Of a stretch of DNA of 64,000 nt, positions 59,601 to 64,000 are shown piece after piece (the stretch's first letter is position 1; each line of letters starts with the position of its first letter). The DNA is from a virus. A program made the position numbers and the translations under genes. The notes under the pieces were generated by a model. That model saw nothing but the letters and a program-made list of their open reading frames with translations. It did no database searches and was not told the DNA's origin. The DNA is taken from positions 1-64,000 of the IMG/VR virus record IMGVR_UViG_3300023179_000044, one strand, 5' to 3'.

Positions 59601-62600
59601 TCGACACTTTTTCTTTCAGCCTCGGGACTCATATTAGAAAAAAGTTGACCAGTAGTATTTTTCTTGTCTTTAAAAGTCTCTAATTCTCCTACTTCATTAC
59701 CAAAAGCCGATCCCTTACGCTCGCCTCTGGCACGATATAGAAGAGAACCTCCGGAGTCTATACGAACTGGATTTCCATCTTTGTCATAACTTAAATTGTC
59801 GTATCCAGTACCAACAACGTCCCAGTTGCCTAGCCATGCATCTATTGCAAACCCGTCGAATGCCGGATCGTTGGGGTCCACCCCATTATTTATTCTTTCT
59901 GCTACTGAAGTTAAAGGAGTGGTTTTCCAATCAGTGTAAGTTACTTGTTTACTACGCATTAGGCCTTTTTTAACTTCTAATGCGTCGATTCCGGCTTCTT
60001 TATATAATGCAGAAGCGAGTGCTTCATTATCTCCACGGTTTTTATCTTGGATCTTTACATAGAAAATATTTCCAGTATTTGGATCTTGATATTTTCCACC
60101 AGGATTAGAACCAAGAGGTCCAGAAATTTGTTTAAAGTTAGTAAAATCTAACTCGGGGGTTTCAGATTTTTTAAGCTCTTCACTTAACTCGGGTTTTAAC
60201 TTATTTTCTGCAGATTCTATAATAGGTTCTATTTTTTCTACATTTTTAAGACGAGAGTCATTTGGATCGTGGCCACGGCTGACAAAGAAAGGTTTACCTA
60301 TTAGCTCTTGCATAGAAGAGAGGACCTTAAGCGATCTGTCTACTTCATCTCCAGCTTCTGGATTATCAAAGTATTTTTCAGCTCCTCCTCCAATATAATG
60401 AAGTGATTCACCCTTTAAACGCCATTTTTGATTACCATTTTTATCTTTAAATGATTCAAATAATCTATAAAACCTATCAGAACGAGGTGTCTCCGAGCCC
60501 CAGTCGCGTTCCCATGCACCTTCACCATAAAGTTCGTCATATTTAGCTGGAAGAGCACCTTTTGTTAAACCATTTTCTTCATAAAAAGATGCCCAGTCGC
60601 GGCCATCACCAAAAGGACTGCTATCTAGTGCATAGTAATCGAACTGGCCTAGTGGTTTAAGATGTCTAAATGGGCTTCCTCCACCACTTCTATCAAACTT
60701 CTCATTTGGGCCAACCTTTAGATCCTTTAAATTAAACCACGGAGCATTTTCTGGGTTTGGAATCTCTAAATCACCAAGTCTAGTAACTCTACCTGGAATT
60801 GACGTAACTTCGGGGCTTATTACAGCACCAATTTCATCAGAAATACGGCTAAAACCAAGTAGACCAGTTATTTCATCGGGTCTAGCTTTAATTTCATAAC
60901 GACCAGTATTTTTCCCTTTATCTCCTTTTCCACGTTCAACGTTATAATCAAAAGCCATATACCTATCAAGTGAAGCGTAACCAGCGGCGGCATCGGCTTC
61001 TGTATCTTTATGGTGAATATTATTTCTATAAAAAGAAATAAATCCTCCAGGCTTAACTCCTAAAAATTTTTCAGCATAAAGTTGATTAACTTTTTTGGCT
61101 AAAGGTGAAATATCTTTTGGATCGCTATACTTAGTCATTAAATCTGTGGCAATATGATTACTTAGATAATCCCAGAAAAGATTTTTATCGGTAAGTTCGC
61201 CATATACCGTTTTTAAAAGTTCAGGGTTTTCTTCTTTAATCTGATCGAAGAGACTCCTATACTGAGCACCAACAACTTCTTCAATATCTTTTGGACTTCT
61301 AATTAAAGGGAAGCGACCCTTTTTTCTAAGATTGTTTGCGGCAACAGAACGAATATTCTTAAGCGCGTCATCCCCAGAAACTTCATCAACCAGCTGGTCT
61401 GGAGAGACCGGCTTTATAAAATTAAGCCCTTCGCTTGCTAAGTGTAAACGTATACGTTCATTCTGTTCTTCAGCAATAGCTGCCATTTTTGGAGATAACT
61501 CGGTAACAAATGGTCCTAGTTCTGGTCTTTCGGATTTTTGTTTTACAAGTTTATCTGCAATATCAGCTGGAGATTCTTTTGTAACTTCTGGAGATGGTGG
61601 CGAAGTTTCTTTTGGTGGTTCTCCTTCTGGTGCTTTAGGCGGATTTCCTTTAATACCAACTTCACCTTCTACTTCACGCTTAGGAGCAGGCTTAGGATTA
61701 GCGGAAGTAGCGCCTAGAGTCTGTCTAGGAACACCAACATAGTCATTATATTCATTTGCAAGTTTAAGAACATCCTCATGATCAAGATCAACAACGACAA
61801 CATTTAAATCAATTGGCTTATCCCCCATCTCCTGCGCAGCCAAAGCACCAGCCCAACGGTGGTGACCATCGATGACATACCCGTCACGGCTTACATATAG
61901 AACTGCTTGATCAAACTTTGCTCTACCTTCTGGAGTTAGGAATGCCTGAGCAATACCTCCAACATTTCCCATATCCATTTCTGACTGAACTGGTGTAAGT
62001 TGATCTGGTGTTTTTACATCTCTAGTGTGTTTGATATTAAGTTCATCAAGAATTTTTTCAAATTGTTTTTGATCAGCATCAGTACCAAGCTGCGGCATTA
62101 ATCCACGTTCAGCACCTAAATTGTTATTTGTATAGTTTTCTTTACCATACATCTTCATATTCGTAACATCTACACCATTGGTTCGATATTTACGAGTTAG
62201 ACTTTGCATTTCTTCACTACTTAAAGGACTTCCATTTTTAGATCTTAAAAATGAAAGTAATGAATTAGCTCTTTCCTCATTTAAAAGCCCAGAACTTATA
62301 GCTCTGCGGAGTCTGTTGTATTGCCTCGGCTCTAATTTCTTTAGTTCATCATCTAGTTCTCTAGCTAGTTCAGCTGCTCCTCCTATAGCATTCTCATCTG
62401 CACCAATATACTTTCTATCTGCAGCTGCAATTTTTAGAGCTTCTACCCAAGTATCTTTGTCTACTTCAATAAATCCGCCATCATAAAGAACTTCATACGC
62501 TTCCTGAGGATCAGTTATATCTGTTCTTACCTCTGATGGGTCAATTTCGTTTAGATCCCAGAAACCGCCCTCGTGTCTAGTTGGAGCTGTGGGGCTAGAC

Positions 62601-64000
62601 TCATCTTTAAATTCAGGCTTAAACTCTACTTTTCTTCCATAGCCGTCAAGTACTCGATTATTTTGAATATCACGAATACGTCGATTTGCCTTAGTTTTAT
62701 CAACGTGGGTGAGTTTATCAGCTGGAATTATATTTCCACTAGAGTCAACGTACCACTCTAAAGGCTTACCATCAGTATCGGTTTCACCCTCTACATCAGG
62801 TATCTCATATATAGGCTCTTTTTTCCTCGGCTCCGGAGGTGGTTTTATTGGCGGTGACTCGGATGGGTTTCCTTTGATACCAACTTCACCAGCAACTTCA
62901 CGGTCAGGAACTTCTTTTTCTTCAAATTTTTGGCTAAGGTCAGCCTTTTTAACACCAGCAAAATCAGTAAACTCGTTGGCTAAACGGATACCTTCGCCGT
63001 GATCCATATCAACTACAACAACATTTAGTTCAATGTCTTCCCCAAGCTCGTCCTGAGCAATAAGTGCAGCAGCCCAGCGGTGGTGACCATCAATAACATA
63101 CCCATCTCTAGTTACATAAATGGGGAGTTTTCTAAGTTTTTCTCTTGACTCCGGATTTAAGAAACCCTGAGCAATTCCACCAACCTTACCCATGTCCATT
63201 TCTGACTGAATAGGTGTCAACTGGTCAGGAGTCATCAGTCCATCGGTTATTTTAATACCATTGTCAGCGCAATATTTTCTAAATAACTTAGCGTCGTTGT
63301 CATCTCCAAGTTGTGGCATCAAACCACGAGGAGCACCTAGGTTGTTCTGGGTATAGTTAGTCGAATTACCCATCTGAAGATTTGTAAGGTCGACTCCGAG
63401 ATTACGGAACTTCCTATGTACTTGCCTCATTTCGTCTTTAGTTAAGGCTTCGCCGTTCTTACCGTTAACTAGGTCTATTAGGGCTCTGGCTTTTTCTTCA
63501 TTTAAGTCGGATGGCTTCACAGCACGAAGAATTTTTGCTTTTTGTTTTGTTGGAAGTTTATCTAAAGTATCTAGAACTTCCTGAGCAAGTGCAGATTTTC
63601 CGATCGCATTCTTGTCTTTTTTTATGTACTTGGAATCCGCTGCTGCAATTCTAAAAGCGTTCCAAGCAATTTCTGGAGCAGCTTGACAAACTTCTCCGTC
63701 ATACATAAGCTCATACAGTTCTTGAGCATCTTTTACGTCTCTAATTACATCGGCTTCAGTAATTTCATTTTTATCAATGAAGCCCCTCTCGTGTCTTACT
63801 TCTTGAACTCTAGGATCAGCTGATTCACGATTTTCAAATTTAAATTTTACTTCTCGACCATTTCCGTCAAGAATTCTATTATTTTCTATATCTCGAATAC
63901 GAAGATTTTCTGGAATTCTGCGAGATGGGTCTAGTTTATCTTCACTAATAACCATTCCATCTTCATCAACCCACCAAGCTAGAGATGGATTTTTAGAAAT
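53645..64000 (-). CDS. >3,450-aa polyvalent protein (ParB-like x2-3, ADP-ribosyltransferase x2-3, HipA/PI-kinase-like, DUF3626-like x3); N-terminus outside the window
   Basis: The frame is open to base 64000 (ISKNPSLAWWVDEDG-M...), and the listed Met is internal to a repeat (compare LEWYVDSSGNII). DGHHRW x2; LYRG/STT or STS/EKE x2; GSN..YVK..NE..NWD..N..IDSG; EAQIHGG x3. Confidence 0.9.
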   Translation of the reverse strand: MSKNPSLAWWVDEDGMVISEDKLDPSRRIPENLRIRDIENNRILDGNGREVKFKFENRESADPRVQEVRHERGFIDKNEITEADVIRDVKDAQELYELMYDGEVCQAAPEIAWNAFRIAAADSKYIKKDKNAIGKSALAQEVLDTLDKLPTKQKAKILRAVKPSDLNEEKARALIDLVNGKNGEALTKDEMRQVHRKFRNLGVDLTNLQMGNSTNYTQNNLGAPRGLMPQLGDDNDAKLFRKYCADNGIKITDGLMTPDQLTPIQSEMDMGKVGGIAQGFLNPESREKLRKLPIYVTRDGYVIDGHHRWAAALIAQDELGEDIELNVVVVDMDHGEGIRLANEFTDFAGVKKADLSQKFEEKEVPDREVAGEVGIKGNPSESPPIKPPPEPRKKEPIYEIPDVEGETDTDGKPLEWYVDSSGNIIPADKLTHVDKTKANRRIRDIQNNRVLDGYGRKVEFKPEFKDESSPTAPTRHEGGFWDLNEIDPSEVRTDITDPQEAYEVLYDGGFIEVDKDTWVEALKIAAADRKYIGADENAIGGAAELARELDDELKKLEPRQYNRLRRAISSGLLNEERANSLLSFLRSKNGSPLSSEEMQSLTRKYRTNGVDVTNMKMYGKENYTNNNLGAERGLMPQLGTDADQKQFEKILDELNIKHTRDVKTPDQLTPVQSEMDMGNVGGIAQAFLTPEGRAKFDQAVLYVSRDGYVIDGHHRWAGALAAQEMGDKPIDLNVVVVDLDHEDVLKLANEYNDYVGVPRQTLGATSANPKPAPKREVEGEVGIKGNPPKAPEGEPPKETSPPSPEVTKESPADIADKLVKQKSERPELGPFVTELSPKMAAIAEEQNERIRLHLASEGLNFIKPVSPDQLVDEVSGDDALKNIRSVAANNLRKKGRFPLIRSPKDIEEVVGAQYRSLFDQIKEENPELLKTVYGELTDKNLFWDYLSNHIATDLMTKYSDPKDISPLAKKVNQLYAEKFLGVKPGGFISFYRNNIHHKDTEADAAAGYASLDRYMAFDYNVERGKGDKGKNTGRYEIKARPDEITGLLGFSRISDEIGAVISPEVTSIPGRVTRLGDLEIPNPENAPWFNLKDLKVGPNEKFDRSGGGSPFRHLKPLGQFDYYALDSSPFGDGRDWASFYEENGLTKGALPAKYDELYGEGAWERDWGSETPRSDRFYRLFESFKDKNGNQKWRLKGESLHYIGGGAEKYFDNPEAGDEVDRSLKVLSSMQELIGKPFFVSRGHDPNDSRLKNVEKIEPIIESAENKLKPELSEELKKSETPELDFTNFKQISGPLGSNPGGKYQDPNTGNIFYVKIQDKNRGDNEALASALYKEAGIDALEVKKGLMRSKQVTYTDWKTTPLTSVAERINNGVDPNDPAFDGFAIDAWLGNWDVVGTGYDNLSYDKDGNPVRIDSGGSLLYRARGERKGSAFGNEVGELETFKDKKNTTGQLFSNMSPEAERKSVEKLRAITPEKIDELVDKFISDPADNKELKEKLKARREFILNKYPESEEKTPETANDEFDLPIPPRTDEENESIELYQSPSYYRLAKYMADPTNGTITEEQKAKFDKAIPHLKKVTTSEELPEGTKLYRGTFAVFSSDKYAQFNQLQPGDIVSSDNTFTSTTRDKSVAIDFAALGDQRVAPTKRIVFDITTENGATGAVVGASGDMYDLEKEVVLPIGAQLEVIGVEKDSNSNLTIKLKYKNTNTTVKKENSSEKLSNLSIWGRQKLRDIKASLRGEIYDTQAINLINEYGNSDEGLETLQSLLHKYGLYRKVTLNEPYLDAVRQKTSEYSKQEDPNLNIDLKPGTKRAPFGILNGGNLGTVGYVRPGDVLSKVDNADFGLVTGENKTKASEVAKDIKDNGFREPIEILYNPNTEKYSLNNSDDVVKLIAARDNGGRPTPIRIKISESSGRYDENTVLNPIFFTSFARIPAGFGPPDGDPIWQIQPESPDMGGIDQLPTPDRTNEEKEAITGYQKGQYLLIKDFIKGEEFDSDTSESVNKLVSNLKKLTESEEIPEGTKLYRGTIARRDSELRAQLMQLKPGDEVISSDIFTSTSLDPEVAEGFAILDQNNKDSNTNSAVIFEIKTEKGATGSPIEPDGTVYDREKEVILPIAAKFTVSEVFEDADGTLRIRVKYGKKQFLPEWPEEQYKSDGVTDVTFASPQERDDVYKYFKDARLSKPTEDLLDELINREDQKIDSNTIKELSDKINADIEEYDKIYKRPKEPVKKEDFTSNEINASAIPYSIEDELEKYLSDKSIIFTDKKAYDDASDPDDPTFYYDPYSILKRLKDRDEALKVNEGYKEPDQTVFDFAKEWFEKNKEKFLYINRKKLKEKLFAAAESIDERTSNDFMWKKDAIYNAITTYQDYVNKKAVDEMFLEYEKAFPGQSEDAKSVRKMMDAAEDLSNAIKNASVTIAIDEKFIENLFKDGRIKSQFETAKSRGLYDPIKRAISEFSVNGVPIDIDDSLRPIYGYLGLESTPELYRNLNPFSTDYRLESPNLYQYGNVRVVLKSSIKNRTRFTAKDSLSAEFVASDLTKVDRDSVLKSGVLEIPPSTLGDFGSNYLEAQIHGGVSLDDIEKFVIPAYSDNDKEALLEVAKNIEDLMKNYGISIPVEVVQVTRERPSLDELEEQQKPKVAIPSTQEEIISLLKNYSAMDSIKEYIDPDKKFIKKLTEPDSDGDPIPNKSEDITGQVMSTVLTVDYLDRTSYGHSQEAIDFAQDWIKRNKDRFIYFDIKEFNKIYKDKLSPIEFDAIKEQLNNYAMHENTMLLLEMYKEMKNEVSENNLPKIVSGIDLIDSNLSLIADKLDNAEIVVAVDEKTFAKILEDKRIKTQFETQFSNGLFDNSKRTVVERALMGLPIDLDPKNRPIYGYLVYPTDDAPKRLFGTSNRFNDIDSSPTFGYGDVKLILKKSVRDRSTATMNDSFDRAFQAIPLGEKIDPDSLYAAGIIGYLPQVENNLDYGNGAYHPSYTEAQIHGGISSDEIETIILDDRNSSKADMEAEKARIQKELDKAGISIPIMFSSEYKNKNKNPNQENKNRTDITGTRLSDDARQELSSVISNLDDAKHNASDKAYKEIATELGRDLSLPWDTDRTPEGRETYEYIRSAIQFKKDSPDTDEEKELLRIKNLYKDKMDNDQKYTEALIAAHSNPLYRDIMEALTSKTNNFDGSTIAYALLERGLTRQRPRISKEDLDQFAITTPDYADDEVNSQVYDVTVDPEQSVEITNKDLKEFSESGAVSVIMPSRALEKVLEEGRIKTVHETKRSMAGVSNEEYRALRVLYESMAFGYEGDSPLEGRPVYGSLASATLPPPEDALKIYGGSEPAQVVLKPEVKKRTTISDRDSLNNFDETTPLTDPEFKLSYLTQMAAIYREATGKNFFESENFAKFGSIEAQIHGGVTLDDIEKVVFYEMPSVEMIDLLTSKGIIWEFSSKKPYSKPRSFGGGLF
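57914..59244. repeat. exact 32-nt direct repeat at 57914-57945 and 59213-59244
   Basis: AGTTCCTCTATAGAGTTTTGTTCCTTCTGGAA in both ART domains (encodes PEGTKLYRGT). Confidence 0.9.

Noticed and set aside
63953-63955. ATG 63955 as the start of the giant protein
   Set aside because: The frame is open to the window end, there is no RBS, and the upstream residues align with the second internal repeat.
43270-64000. Inteins or stop-codon recoding as the explanation for the giant ORFs
   Set aside because: No intein splice motifs or LAGLIDADG blocks were recognised. TAA, TAG and TGA all end genes cleanly under code 11.
1-64000. tRNA/rRNA genes, terminase, portal, endolysin, integrase
   Set aside because: Intergenic gaps are short with no cloverleaf seen, and no diagnostic motifs were recognised. 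These genes may lie outside the window.

Overview
A 64-kb segment of a large, AT-rich tailed-phage genome with siphovirus-type tail genes. The host is very probably an actinobacterium: the window carries whiB, a hexamer/pentamer-type capsid gene pair and leaderless promoters. Nearly all genes are on the minus strand. From right to left: (1) a head-associated region (37.5-64 kb) containing a >3,450-aa multi-enzyme 'polyvalent' protein cut by the window edge (ParB-like x2-3, VIP2-type ADP-ribosyltransferase x2, a possible third ART, a HipA/PI-kinase-like domain, DUF3626-like x3), a 2,593-aa UvrD-helicase/HExxH-peptidase protein, several modular head proteins and a maturation protease with two protease-like domains; (2) capsid, neck and tail genes, including a -1 frameshifted tail chaperone, tape measure, Dit, hub and tail fibre; (3) a replication/recombination module (PolA, RuvC-like, SNF2, Cas4-like nuclease, Sak4-like ATPase, SSB, primase-helicase), two glycosyltransferases, a pyrimidine-dimer glycosylase, WhiB and a metallophosphoesterase. 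Main hypothesis: a head-cargo system. The giant enzymes sit among head genes, and the 2,593-aa gene shares a 16/17-nt promoter with the capsid gene. A (V/L/I/M)-x-A-(S/A/G) motif resembling assemblin cleavage sites recurs at domain boundaries of five head-region proteins. No terminase, portal, endolysin, integrase, tRNA or CRISPR array was recognised. All family assignments come from motif reading, not database searches.
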